From Lingula anatina (taxonomy: Eukaryota > Animalia > Brachiopoda): 64,000 bases of DNA. The notes beneath the pieces were generated by a model. That model made no database searches and was not told the DNA's origin. It saw only the letters and a list, made by a program, of their open reading frames with translations. Below are positions 33,617 to 56,602 of this stretch, in pieces (positions within the stretch are counted from its first letter, which is position 1; each line of letters begins with the position of its first letter). The stretch is taken from contig CM120648.1 in NCBI GenBank assembly GCA_051362555.1, positions 9,048,587-9,112,586 of the forward strand, written 5' to 3'. The translations under genes and the position numbers were made by a program.

Positions 33617-35395
33617 TATTAGTATGTGAAAGCTTGTCGGGATCCGAGAAGCAAAACATAATAGGATCGGTTTAGCATTATACCCTAGAGCAAACAGGAG
33701 CAAAATTGAATTACCACTTACGATATTTAAGACATGAGAGTCAATGAATATAATCGCCTAATACAAACACAATGAGCAAATATCAATTACAAGACCAACA
33801 TCCGCTTCAATGAGCAGTAATACCGACGAAAGGGGGCGCCAATGAAGTTTGCTTAGTTACCCCGCTATCCAAAATCAATTATGCGATCGATCTGAAAGAA
33901 AATCTCCGCAGTAAGACTTTTTGTTCTTGTGTATAGCTGACATCGATGAAGGGTTCATTTAAGGAATAGTCATGCACCGATTATAGAGTTTGATTCGTGT
34001 GTTGTTTCGCAATTTTGACAGTTATGCCTCAACATGGTACTAATGTTTTGTGTGCTATTTGGTTCAAAAAATGAAAATTGTCATCGAAAGAAAATTACTC
34101 AGAATCGATAAAAATACAAATTCAAAAGTCATATCGTCATAATTTTGAAGCCAAAAACTTAGTGTTATTGCATTTGGGGTGTATTTGATATGTTAGATAA
34201 CCTGTCTGGGCAAACAATAAATAGAAAAAAACTATCATAGAACCTCATACGGTTTTCATATTTTTTTCCAATAATCAAAATAAGCCTCCATTATCCGGGG
34301 ACTGATTCTAAAACATGATAATAATAAAGAAATGGAAAAACATATTACTCTGCTGCTATATACAGTATACCCCAGTACTTAGTACCGCCCACATCTATCT
34401 TTAATAATTCAGCTTTTATTGTCCGTGAAAAACCTAAACCAGTGTTACGCCACGATAAATCGATTAAATAAATATTGGTGTGTGTGTGTGTGTGTGCGTG
34501 CGTGCGTGCGAGCGAGCGAGCGAGAGAGAGAGGGAGAGAGCAAAGTCACAGTAATGAACAATTTGCAAGTTATGATGAAAAAATCTAGCTATGTTATATA
34601 TAATTGGGCAAAAAACAACAGTGGCTATTTACTCCTATTTAGATACTTTAATGTAATGAGTTTGTGTTTAAGAAACAATTGGGCATAAAATTCAAGATAC
34701 TAATCCTTCGTTTTTATTTGTCATTTAATATTTATCTTTTACGAATCTAATCTCTGCTGCGAATGAATATGTTGACTAAAAAAAAGATTAGTCTATTTAT
34801 AATAAAACTAAAGAACAGGGCGGTTACCATTTTTTAACGTGCCTAATATTTTAGTTTAGACAAATTTAAGCAAAAGATCAAAATTTAAGATAACACGATA
34901 TTTAAGAACCAAAAATACTACTGATTATAAGTTATCGTAGTCAAAACTTATGTTTGCTGTTGTTTCCTTTCAAAAAGATAAAAAATTAAGATCGATATGC
35001 TCACCGTAAACTGAATAAAGCACCATAACTAGCTTTCTGGTAAGTGGTTTTGTTGGAAGACGAGCAAACGCATACAATAAACCCAGTTCAGTCATGCCGA
35101 CACGAAAATTGGAGACTTGGCAAAAAAAGCTAGAAGCACATCCCAGGTGACTCTTTCCGATGAGAAATCCCAAAGATCCTTCTGAATAAATACTTCAATA
35201 AAGCGCAGATAATGTATTTCTCAGACTATGTGATTTCCCTGATTTTAGCACCAGTAGTTCCCGTTCGCTGTGCTCGTTATTTCTTAATTTTTTCTAATCG
35301 TACCATTTTCTGACTCTATTTGTTTGGCTGAGCGTTTTAAGACGACGATTAGCAACCATTGCTTCTCGGATCCTGACAGGCTTTGAAATACCAAT
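33617..35395. mobile_element. Possible ~1.8-kb element bounded by ~38-bp imperfect inverted repeats
   Basis: TATTAGTATGTGAAAGCTTGTCGGGATCCGAGAAGCAA versus TTGCTTCTCGGATCCTGACAGGCTTTGAAATACCAATA. No clear TSD and no ORF. Confidence 0.45.
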
Positions 35396-36771
35396 AATGT
35401 TAGCAAGTCGCTTCATACTCGGTAGCGTAGTTGCATTTATTTGACAAATGGAGTTGAAATCAATTGTAAAACACTTTGAAGTTTTGCCAGGGTCGAACGA
35501 AAAAAATGACTCGCGGATCGATTGGCTGAAATTTCATTAGTCAATTAACCCTTCATAGAACACAGGTAATGTTAGATTGTATACGTGTAGTTGTAACAGG
35601 TGAATGCGTTCCCTCGGATTTTTCTCCGTGGTTCTATGCGGAACAAACATTTTGAATTATTCAAGTCTTAAGTGTTGTTGGCACTTCCACTGTATACGGT
35701 ATAGCTTAATGCTGTTATTATGTTTGACTTCATTTGAGACAATACGCAGTGTCAGGGTAGTATTACTGTGACATCGGGTTCAACTGACTGCTAAACAAAC
35801 CGTCGTGCACGCATGGGCGTTCGTTTTCACGTGTTTGCGAGTGTGAATGTGCTTGTGTAAGTACGTGGTTATTTTTCATACTACATGCTCATAACATAAA
35901 GATTATTTGTTTTCCATATTTGCGGGTTAACATAGCTCATAATTCTTGCACAAATTAAATGCGGACTTCTCCTTTAGTATTGGTATTATACCATGCTTCA
36001 TTAAAAACCACATAAATCGATGGATTAGACATAATATAGATAATCAATAGTAAATACAAACATATCGGTAGGAATAGCTTTATTTTCCATTATCAGTTGC
36101 TATTTTTAAAAAGCATTACCTTTTAAAAATAGGTAGTTAATGACTTTTTTCGACTAAAACACTTTCAATTTTCTTTTTTATTATGATTATCAGGAATATA
36201 TAGATAACAAGCAATTCAACAACCATATTGTTAATAGGGATAATAAATTCAGAAAATTTGCTTCATTATCATATTTAAAGTACAGTCCTCCTAGAAGAGA
36301 GGCTACATGCTTTTATATACAGTAAAAAAATGTAACTCTGTGTAGGTTTCTCCATGAGCTAAGTTAATATGCAAATAAATAAATCCACGCTCTGTCCATA
36401 TAAAGAATTATCATTATAAAGCGGCGTTTTTACTTTATTTCTCCTTTCTGAACACTATCTATGTAATCATACGTCTTAAGAAAGGTTGTTTAAAAATGCG
36501 TCTTTTGTCAGTTCTTCGAGAAAGATCGATATACAATATCTGTATCTTTAATCCCGTACCTGTAAACGGCCCGTTTCGCTAAAAAACGTTTACTACTAAA
36601 ACGAAACCTCCCCTAGAGTTCCAGGTATTTTCTATTTCTCTTTCTGGGAAATAGCATAGTCGCTTCATCTGAGCGGACTTCTAATGAATCATAACCAAGA
36701 CAGAAGTTGTTATTCCTTTTTTTCCAAAATTTCAGCCTCTTTGTTCCATTCAAAAATGTCTTGTGATCACA

Positions 36772-37317
36772 TCACACCACTTGCTGCGCCCCCTGAAATA
36801 ATACAAAATGGGTTAAAGACGCCCTTCTGGTGAACTCATCTAGATATATTAAAAAGAAAAAGCACACATTATCAAGGGGCAATCCAAAGTGCACGCTTTT
36901 AAGGGTGCGCATGCGCAACAGGAAGGAAACTCACCGTGGGAGCCATGGTGTCGTGGGACACGGCGAGAACCGGGGCAGTGTTAGCCTGCAAAGGAGAGAG
37001 ATAGAGATGTTTCATTTTTAAAAACTATATTTTTGATCAGTGTTTTTAAATTAAAGTCATTGTGTAAGATATAGTGAGATTTTAGTGGTAGGGGTCAATA
37101 TTATTATTATTACCTCTGCTGATAAGACTGTGATTTCTGCTACCGCTGTTATGTCCTGCAACAAATAAAAATGCATAAATTATGGTCCTCATCAAAACAA
37201 TTCTTTAATAAAGTGTTCAATTATTTGATAATTACAACTATCAGAAATCCGCAAAAAAAAGGTCTTCAGACTAAAAAAGTAAAACACGAATTAAAGTCAG
37301 AAGCACAGCACATATTT

Positions 37318-37360
<43 letters not shown>

Positions 37361-40300
37361 TTGTTACTTTGTGAGATCATTATTTCCAAGACTTTTGACT
37401 ACAGTTACCAAGTGTTTCCGAAATAAGAAAACTGCATGAAAACTGGTAAAGTGGTATAACTGGGCATGTGCAGGCAAGGTTTGGATAGAAACAAACGGAT
37501 GACACCAGTCACTCTCATGCAGGTTTATAAAACACTTTGCACAACTGATTACAGGTAACATTCTCTTGCAAAACAAAAACATCACGGAAACCTGCATTGG
37601 GCCAGCCTGATTATCAGAATCACGTTTTACAAGTCTGCATTGCCATAGTGCCCTGGGAAAGCAGTGTTATACAGGGTGGTATTGGGCATGCGCGCAGAAA
37701 GCTCAAGACACTCCCACGTGGAGCATATGTAGGAATACACAAAACATGACAGCATGCAGCAATAAACCACTGAATGAACAAGCGAAAGCACATTTAAAGC
37801 GTGAAACATCAGAGTTCTCATGCAAGTACTTCCCCATCCGCATTGGTCCAACCCCACTACCGACGATTTCTGGCGTCAGTTCCACAAAACGGCGAGTCTT
37901 GGCAAAGATTTGTGAGAATTTTATCCAAATAATTTTCTTTTAATCAAAAAGGCCGCTTTCCTGACCTTTAAGTCTCTTCTTAACAAAACCATAAAGCATA
38001 GTGCCAGGTCGACTAAGCGTAGTTGGCTATCCGAAACTGAGCCCCTGTTGCACGGAGCTTGCAACAGCATGGAAAACGAATTTTGGTCCACTGTCGCTAT
38101 AGTAACAGTGGGCCCAAAATTCGTTCTCCAAACGGTCGCAGAAGCGGTGTAACAGGGGCTTTAGCAGTCATTTGTTATGAAATGAAATAAACCCCAGAAC
38201 GTGAGGCCTTTTGAAAAACAGACCCCTGAGGAAACATTTATCAAACAAGCCACAACATGTATCACTTCAAAAGCTCAACCACCGCATATGTTCTTCTTTA
38301 GTTATGTACCTCACTGGCGCCGGCTTTTACTTTCTTTTTCTTCTTCTTTTTCTTCTGTTTTGGGAAAAAGGAAATAGTAATAAAAGCTACTCTAAACACG
38401 TCTAAAATGTTTTGCTGCTTTCAAGTACAAGAAAAGAAAAAATACACCTCTAAAAATATGTCTACACTAGTGACTTCATCTAAGAATGTCAAGTATATTT
38501 GTATACTATTGCATATAAAAAAATTACAAAAGGGGCCACGTTAGCAACGTTAACATTGTGCAATATTGTATACTGTAAGTCAAAATCCATTTGGAATCAA
38601 TATTGCTTACAGCCTTAAACAAATCAACAACGAGTCCGACAATACTTGTTTCGACTTTTTTACATTTTCTTTTTGGAATAAGTTTTTTATATATTGGTCA
38701 ATATCTTTTAATGGTTGTAAAATAATGTTGTTGGCCTGAAGGGAAAATGTCGACATCAGACACTTTTTTTGTCTGTCTGAGACTCCCAAAAAGTGGTATA
38801 GGTATCTAAGACAAAACAATGATTAGAAATAATTCTTCGTGTTAATTATTGAATAAAATATGACTCACTTGTGCGTTTGTGTTTTCGTTTTGTGATTTAT
38901 AATTTTTGGGAGACTATTTTGTTAAGAGAGATGGCTAGATGTAAGTTTCACATTTCTTTTATCGTTTAAACTATGAAGGTTATTTATAACGTTATTCATA
39001 ATTTATTCATGTTATAACAACCCTTACCTTTTCATCGCCTCCCGCGTCTGTCGCTGTGGCGTCAATCTGCGGCTGAATTGTAAAATATTGTATATGTATA
39101 AAGCACTTGCCAATTAAAAAGTGAGAGCTTGAGACTCACTCAAATCGAACACATTAAATTTTCATCTGTTACATGTTTTCAAGACTTAGTTATACGCTTG
39201 AAAATAAGTGGTGATGCGCACGCGAGCGCGTGTATGCAATGAATGCGCACGTATATCTATACATGTAAGTGTATTCAAAATTAATTTAAAATCCCGAAAG
39301 TTTGGGATTATACGCATGGTTTTCTACTTACAAGGGGAACAACTGACGACTGTGGTCTATGTTTGTTTGCAGTCTTTGGAGTTCCAATAGTTGGCTGAAA
39401 AGTTATACAATATTATGTTAAATAATTCATCCTATAAGTTAAATGATATAAAACTAGGTGTTCAATTCCCCTTTTTACAGATTAATTTGATAAATGATTC
39501 TTTTTTAAAAAGGGGGCTTACCCCTGCCATCAATTGTAAAACCTTTAGTCTAAATAGCAATCTGTTTATGTCTTCAAATATCCGGTCAATACGCTGTATT
39601 ATTGAATTACGTATGTTGGGATCTTCAGTAATATCATTATTTTCTAAATATTAAAAGCGTCGCATTTACCAAAAAGGGCTCTCCTTTGTTTTTATTTTCC
39701 CCTTGTTGTTCTTGTTCAGAGTTTGTGTTTGGTGCATCCTGTAAAATACAAAATGGGGTCTATATGAAAAATAACGTTATATAAATAGAAAAATGGCGGG
39801 CCAGAATGGCTCTGACCTTTTCACTGACTGTGGGAAGCTATAAGTTTCAGGAATGACTGAGAACGGCGGGACTGCCCTAAAGCAATTAACATGAGACTAC
39901 AAGCTCTTCGACAATATATCAATGAAGCATTAAGGTATGTAAATATGAAGTTCAAGCAATCGCCCATTATAGCTGTAACATAAGAATTTCAAATTAATAC
40001 ACCATTAATCGATTGGGCCTACTATATCAAATAATAGGTCAATACAAATGTTTGACTGTCAAGAATTACCATTTCCCGACTTCCATACTAAAGTGGCTGG
40101 GATGACAAAAACAAAGAACAGAATCTCACCTCGCCATTGGAAAGAGGCTCTGCTGGTATCACTGGTTCGGCACCCGATGTTATCCCCGTTGCTATGACAG
40201 CATTGGCAGCAGCTACCAGCTTCTTCTTTTTCTTTACTTTCTTCTTTTTCTTATCTGCCCCTTCATCGGCATCTCCGTCGGCTCCTTCGTTTTCACCAGC

Positions 40301-43300
40301 CTCACCGACTTTCTTTTTCTTCTTGATCACTTTCTTTTTCTTGTCGTCGGATGCGGCTTCACCGGCTAACTCAGCGCCATCTTGCGGAGTAGCTGTGTCG
40401 TCTGGGTACGGGTTTTTCCCGCCTATTCCTGGTAGCGGTTGGTATGGATTCAACTGAGGTTCTCCTTTACTTTGAATTGTGCTGGTCACCGTGGTAGAAT
40501 CGTTCCCTCCTGCCTCTTGACCATTGGGTTCGATTTGACCGTCACTATTATGTTCTGTTACAGATGTAGCCGCAATCGTGACGTCAGTAGGTGTTGTGAC
40601 GTCAATATCGTTCCTCGTGGCAGTTTTCACCTCTGAAGAAGCTTCACCATGTTGCGAATTATTTGTCACTGTTTCTTTTGAAATTTCCACAGGTGTAATG
40701 TCACTAAAAACAGGGGCGCCTAATTTTGCATCTGGCTCGACAGTTTTTTGGGCGTTTGAATTGTTTTTAGTTGGCAAAACAGTATTGTTTGAGTTGGTCG
40801 TGACCGGAGTGATGATTGCCGTTGTCTTCATTTCGTTATGTTTTGCCGGCGCAACAGCAATCGCTGGCTGAGTTGTCTGAAAAATATGAGATTTCACATT
40901 TGAAATCTGGCAAAAATGTTACAGATGTTCAACGTTATCGTTCAAAAACCCACTTTGAATCCACAATTAGGCCTATAAACAGTATTGGCATCCACAATAA
41001 AATGTCATTCACACGTTTTGTCTTATTGACTACCCGATATAACGAAGACAATATATGAATATACTATATGAAACAATTAACCCCAATTTTCATCTCGAGC
41101 GCAACAACGTGAAAATTTCAAGTAAAGTAATTTTATGCCAATTTAACAAGCGGCTCTCTAATAAAAAAAAATTATATCACAGAAAAATAAAGATGATACA
41201 GGTTTACTCAAAATAGACTGGTAGCGCATGTACCTGCTCCGTTGCTGAAGATACAGCCGCGTTCGTTGTGGGGTCAGATGGCGTATCGAGATCTGTAGCT
41301 TTTTTCTCTTTCTTTTTCTTCTTAAAGGCATTTGCCGCTGTGATGAGCGCGCTCATGGACGAGATGACCTGGGCGTCTACTGGGACTGTCTTGGTCTTCA
41401 CCCACAGGACCTTCTTGATCTTTTTAACCTTTGGTGGCGGCGCCTACAATAAATTAAGAATAGGAATGAACGAATGAATGAATGAATTTATGGATTAGTG
41501 AATTAATGAATGGGTAATGAATGAGTGATATATGGGGGAAGGGAGGGAGGGAGTGAAGGAGGGTTAATGCCAGACATATTGTGAGTATATAATGGAGTGC
41601 TTAGGTGAGTTATGACGTGAATTGGTTAATTAAATATTAAATTAGTTAATAAGTGCATGAGACAATAAATTGGTGAGCTAAGAAAGAAGTGAGTTAGTGT
41701 ATTAGTGACAACGGGCACTAGAGCCCAGGAAACATGAAGCATTTATATACTCAATGTTGACAATATATTGTTATATACATAAGATTTTAAGCAAAATTTG
41801 CCTTTTTGGGGGGCACAAGGGAAATAAAACAAAAAAGAAATTACAATAACGAACTTTCGTTTCGAACCTCTTTCACCTGTAGAAAAATATCGGAATGACA
41901 CCCCTTAAATGAAATTCCTTCATACCTGTTCCTTTTCTTCTTTCTTTTCCTCTTTATCTTCAGACACGTCCTCCATCACGAGAACCTGCACCTCGTCTCC
42001 TGTCGTCTCAGCGTTCGCTTTCGTGTTGTCCGACAGGATGTCCTGTAAATCCGGTTTTCGGCGCTCCTCTGAAACGAGGCCATTTCACAGTGTTAACAAT
42101 TATTTTCTTTTTTTGATTCGTAATTTTTTATTTAAACCTAAACCGTCAACGCTTCGCATGCCTGAGCCAACAAAAACTCTATTGATATGGAACGTTGAGG
42201 ATAATCACAATTTAAAGCACATGTGACAACGTGCAAAATAACTAAAAAAAAAAGCCTCTTAGATATGACGACAAATGACGCCAAGTATACAAAGCGCCCT
42301 CTTACGCAGGTATTTTCTAAAATAATAACTATTTCAAAGTAGTATTCTTTAAAAGATAAATTTAAATTGTTTTTAAGATGCAGAAATTATATGAAAACAT
42401 ATAATTCCTTCACAAAATAAATAAATAAATAAATAAATAAATGAGCAATCCACTTCCCCATCTCATCCTCCTTCATTTCTAGATCCAGATTCAGGACGGA
42501 CAGGAAAGATAACATACCTAAGACTCCCTTCAACATGGCTTGTTTCTCCTTCAATTCTTCATAGTCTTCATTCATCATCTTCACCGTTTTCTTCGAGTGC
42601 CCTATTTGCGTGAGCACGCTGCTGCTCTCTTTGGCGTAGATACGCCTCATCGCTCGCAGAAACACGATCTAAAATTTATCAGAATAAATATTTACTTGAA
42701 GGAATTATTTGATCATGCAATATATGCTCAGTATAAACCTGATCAAGTTGAATTTCATTTCTGTATCTTCGTCGTCCTTGAAAAGGTCCCAACCCTTTTT
42801 TTAAAAGAGTATTAAAATACTCTACTATTAATAGTCACAATGCACTGATGCACTATCGGTCACAATTGAAATATATATAAAGCCACGCTTTAGAGTTTGC
42901 TACCAAGACCGTAACGTATCATTTACTAATTCCGACAACAAATAAAATTCCGCTGATATTATCAGATAGACATACACAGGGTACACGTATTTAGTGAGAT
43001 GCATTCTTATGTGTGGCACACAGGATGAGATAAATTATGCACGAATGTGGACGGACGTGAATTCCAGCGTTCGAGAAAGGTCACGTCCAGCTAGTTTTCT
43101 TTCATAAGCAATTAATTAATTAGTTAAATACACTGCACGAGATGTTTTTCTCGGAACAGGCCAAGAAACGTAAGCATGTGCGCGCACGCTAGAGTATGTC
43201 AGTGATTTTATATCCACTTTTTATTCTTTTACAAGTTCAGCAGAGTAAAATAGTGGTGTTTTTCTCTGCCCAGATGACCATAGGCGAATACTCTCTCAGA

Positions 43301-43847
43301 GGAGGTAGAGTTTAAAAAAGATTGACACATGAATGTAAACTGAACGAAGAAAAAATATGAGAAAGAAACAGTAACATGTCAAGTTACCGTGCACGCACAG
43401 CAAGGCATTCTCCCACTTATGCACGCGCAAACAAACACACACAAATCGATACAATTTCATGGTGGTTTGCGTCTTAAAAGTGTCAACAAGGGGTCCATTA
43501 TCTGTGTTGTCACCTCTTAATTATTGTTCTTTTTTATTGTTTTAACGGTTAAACTATCGTTAAAATTAAAAATACCGTTTTTCAGGTTTACCACAGCTGT
43601 AAATGTTTTAGTGTAACTATCACGTTATGCAAATACATGTACACATTGTAAAAAAGTAATATTAATCCTGCTTTATGTGCCATACTTTAACCGTTGATTT
43701 AAATCAAGGAGGCAAGAGAAATTTAAAGAAACTTAAAATTAAAAAGAAAAGAGGCAGAAAATTAAAAGCAAAGGGTCTCACCTGCATCTCCGGCTTCATT
43801 TTGCTCAGTTTATCCTGGACCTCCTCGTTTTCCCAAATGTCACTCAT
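36772..43847 (-). CDS. Uncharacterised ~515-aa protein: N-terminal helical/coiled-coil region, then low-complexity and poly-Lys tracts
   Basis: Phase-consistent GT-AG exons 43847-43782 (MSDIWENEEVQDKLSKMKPEMQ), 42668-42518, 42068-41926, 41443-41234, 40876-40130, 39738-39670, 39072-39028, 38354-38310, 36985-36935, 36792-36772 (GAQQVV*). Total 1,548 nt. AATAAA on the - strand at ~36434. Confidence 0.72.
38040..38160. mobile_element. 121-bp palindromic MITE/hairpin in an intron
   Basis: AGCCCCTGTTGCAC…GTGTAACAGGGGCT termini with inner arms GAATTTTGGTCCACTGT / ACAGTGGGCCCAAAATTC. Confidence 0.7.
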
Positions 43848-46456
43848 CTTGATCTTTTTTGTATTATTTCAATAAGCAGCCTTTATTGGATGTGTCATCG
43901 AAGAAGTACCACAATTCAGTTAACAGTAAGACCCCTGTAAGATTCCCGTTGTAACTGTCACCATACATGTACATGTATCTCTCCTTTGGCTAGTCATGTC
44001 AGGCTGGAGGAAACGTGACAGACCTTGTGGTGAAGTTTGTCAGAAACGCAGGCTTAATTTTCTTGATTTTTCTTGAAGTTGTTTATCCAATGACTGAAGA
44101 GTACTTGACTCCGCTCATTTCTAACTTTATCATGAAGTTAAACGCCTTTCTTTGGGAGAAAAAGTGTCTAAGAGCTCAGTTGAGCTGCCAAACGCCTTTC
44201 TCGTCCTCCATTTTGAGAAAAGTATCAAATTGATTATTGGGGCTTTCGCAAGAAATCAATTCGACCATGGTGAAACAGAAAACACAACATTTCTTGAAAG
44301 AAATATCGAATAATTCAATATAAAGGACTGCGTGTGCTATGGATATTGGATTTGTGCAATATGGGATGCAGAACAAGAGGTTGGTTATCGTCTGCTGGGT
44401 AGAGCCTCCTTATGCAGACGATTGTCAAAACGCCAGGTGGTGAACGGAACTGAGAATAATTTCTTTAAAATCAGTTAACGGTTTTAGGAATTTAGTTTTG
44501 ACATCCTTATAAGTCGGACGCAACATTTTGGTGGCTTTCTTATTTTTTCATCTCAAACAAACAAATAAAAAACTTGTCTTTTGGGCCTTTTTATGATATT
44601 GTCCATCGTAGGGCTTGGGGGTGGGGTTATATTTGAAATTCTTAAAATCATGCGTTTGTTTGAAGAGATCACTTACTTTCGAACCAGGAACTCCAGAAAA
44701 CAGAAAATAAGAATTGCTGAATTTATATTAAGACCTTTTTGAACCAAGAACTCAGCCTCCTCCCTCCCAAATAAACAAGAAACGGTGAAAAGTTAAAATA
44801 CCACACAAAAAACTACGCCATATTGTTAGACGACCATAAATTTAACACGACTCATATTTGACCAATATTCTCGGTCTTGGTAATACTAAGAATACACGGA
44901 TCATTACACAAATTTAATCGTGCCGGCTGTGGCAGCGGGTATTGACGATTGATCCCGGGGCCTACCTACCTGTATTTTGGCAACCTGGTCCAAGATCAAT
45001 AGGGGTCATTAAGTTATGTATATATAAACTGGCCTGGTGTGTTACTGTGTTTAGTAACGATGTCAAAAATCAAAACATAGACAATCATTCACTGCCTGTT
45101 GATCAATCGGCATAAAATGAGGCAAAGGAAGACGGGATTGAGGCAAATTTACGATAAAACGTCGACCACATTGTGTAGGTTAATCAATTTTTAGAATATA
45201 TCTGTTGTAAAAAGTTCATATCTCATTCGACCAACATTAGGCGATCTCACGCCTGCCACGTGGTACGGAATTAGACGAAATTACCCGAAGAAATATCCGT
45301 GTTGCCAATGCGAGCATAGGTTGAGTTGAGACGTTAATTATTCTCTAACCATTTGAACCCCAATTTAATTACATCCTTAATCAAATTTATGTTATATGCA
45401 GGAGTGTGCGCTTATATAGCATTTTTTTGTATCACAGAGTTATGCCCTGTCCAAAAGTGTTGAGAAAATTCCGACCTATAAACCCGTTTTGAAGTTCTCA
45501 TTTCTAATTTTGAACCAGAAACATTCAGCTTCAACAAAGAGTAAGACATTCTCGTTCATCAAATCAACAAACAACGAGTCAAAATGTTTAAAACATTTTA
45601 ATGAGTTTTAAGCCAGTTCCCCTCCAGTATCGTTTGGTGCCTGTGGAAAGACCAACCAACGCACACATTAACTTCAATAATTACACTGTTAGCTACGGTT
45701 TGAAAAAACAAAACCAAAAAACAACTTTGTTCAACTCCTACAAAGTATCTCTATTAAATCTATTCAAACCCTTTCACTCTCAGTGCAAACAATTTCAACT
45801 GATAACAGGTACGGGTCTTTCAGACCTAACATGGACAATTATTGTGATACAAATATTTACTGTCTTACTGAATCAATAAAAGGGAAAGATCTTCCAGGAA
45901 TTTCCTGATCCAATATCTCCAATGTATTACTGGCAATATGCTTTATAATATATATTTTGCTTAATTCATTGTGACAAAGTTTAAGTATACAAGTAGATGG
46001 CAGCACCCGATTTGGTCTTAGTATTATGCAGTACTGCATTTCTAGAAGTCAAGCGATGGTGTCCAGCAGTTACCTTTTTAGAGTCCACGATATTTGTGGT
46101 AACAATCCAAAATTCTAAGTTAATGGTTGGGAAAAAAAGGGTAATAATTGAGACAAGACAAGACAAAAATTTCTACAGGCTATTATCTACAACCCTTCTT
46201 TTAAAAAGTCAACTGAAATAAACAAATGAAGATGGCACAAGAAAATAATAATAATAATAATAAAAAAACACTGAATTCACGCTTTCACAATATTGGCAGA
46301 ACAGGAGTGGCTGGTTTTCTGTTACCATGTAGAAAAATCTGTGGTAGCAGAAAAAAAAGATCTCAAAATTCCTTGGCGCTGGGTCCCATTTGCGAAGGGC
46401 TGTGAAATAAAATGACTGAGAAATGTCTAAATCTTGGAGGTGACGGCTCGAGGGGT

Positions 46457-55326
<8,870 letters not shown>

Positions 55327-56567
55327 GTTTGATGTTTGGTTACCACTGAGAGACACTATACAAGCCTGAAAAAAATATGCACATGTAAAACACCCAAGTA
55401 CTAGTAGGCATACATAAGACTTAAAGGGGGTTTTGGTGATATATTAACTTCAGTTGCAAAGAAATTAATTTTCCATGAAAACTTTTACCGGATTACTCAT
55501 TTATCCCAATTAAAGCAAATTTGATGCAAAATTCTTCAGAAAATAGAGATCGTATGAAAGGTTACCAAAAAAAAATTCAAAGGCAGCGTTATGAAAACTG
55601 AATACATTACAACATGACCAAAATCTGAAGGTGCAGTTCAAAGCTCTTTTGCAGCTGATCGAGTGATTAATTCGGTTTATCCCTTGGAATATCAACTTTA
55701 TTGGAGTTATATAAGAAAATGGTGAAGAAAGTGGTTTATATGAGTGACTGGGAGTCTACACTCCACTGAGTTAATAAATTAAGAAAGAATAATAAAACAA
55801 CTAAAAAAAAAACCAAATGAATAATGTAACCCATACTAATATTGGCAAAAATAGTAAAGCATATAACATTTATAGGCCAATTTAGAGTACATTTACCACT
55901 TGTTTGAGCTTTCCTATGTCATATTACTTCAATCTAAGATATCAATATTTAAAAGCTGTATAAACTAAGTCAATGTCACATATAAGTCAAGGGCAACTGC
56001 TTATCACGATTGTTTGTATACGATATGGTCAATGTCATTGTAATGTCCTCTCAATGACAACTGCATCGAATAGTAAGACAATTGCAAAGGAAGGCAAAAG
56101 ACAGGCGATCTTCATATAAAACCAGAAAAGGTGTTAAACTACAAAAGATGTCTTTCTTTCATGTTGTCCTTTTCATGGTAAAATAAAGACAAAGAACTCT
56201 GATAAAAATGTGCACGCTCTGGCTGACATACAGTACATGCCTCCTAAGCTTTATCATTAAACAACAAGTCAGCATTCGAATGGCACAAAGTTTTTTTGAA
56301 TTTCTCTCAACATTCTCCCTAAAATTGACAAGGTCAAAGGAATAAAAAACACGCTGTTTTTTGTCAGCCATGTTTTTCTCGTCTCCGATTTACCGGTTAA
56401 ATTTCGCAATCGAATAATTAATGCAGTTCACATTTACAGCTTGCAATAACTGGACGGTCAGCTACTAGAATATGTACTTAATCATGACGTCCAAAAGATA
56501 AGCATGGTTCTTAGATAATGTGACAAAAAAGCAGAAGACTGAACATCTTCATACGGAAAGCACTCAC

Positions 56568-56602
56568 CTTGCAGGAGTGAAGAGTCAGCCGGGAAGGGCA
56601 TT
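56568..56602 (-). other. GAPDH: Probable non-coding first exon of GAPDH
   Basis: Minus strand reads CCCTTCCCGGCTGACTCTTCACTCCTGCAAG|GTGAGTG, a strong donor after a pyrimidine-rich start. A matching acceptor ttttcag| at 55366 lies just before the ATG exon. Confidence 0.6.

Noticed and set aside
44176-44376. Short minus-strand ORF upstream of the 515-aa gene
   Set aside because: No recognisable similarity or splice link; at most a uORF.
46209-46400. Acceptor-like ttttatttcacag in the GAPDH 3' UTR as an alternative last exon
   Set aside because: None of the three frames restores the conserved WYDNE C-terminus or ends in a targeting signal.
56159-56371. 70-aa ATG ORF (MADKKQRVF…) in the GAPDH 5' intron
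   Set aside because: No domain or splice support; probably the interior of an old repeat.
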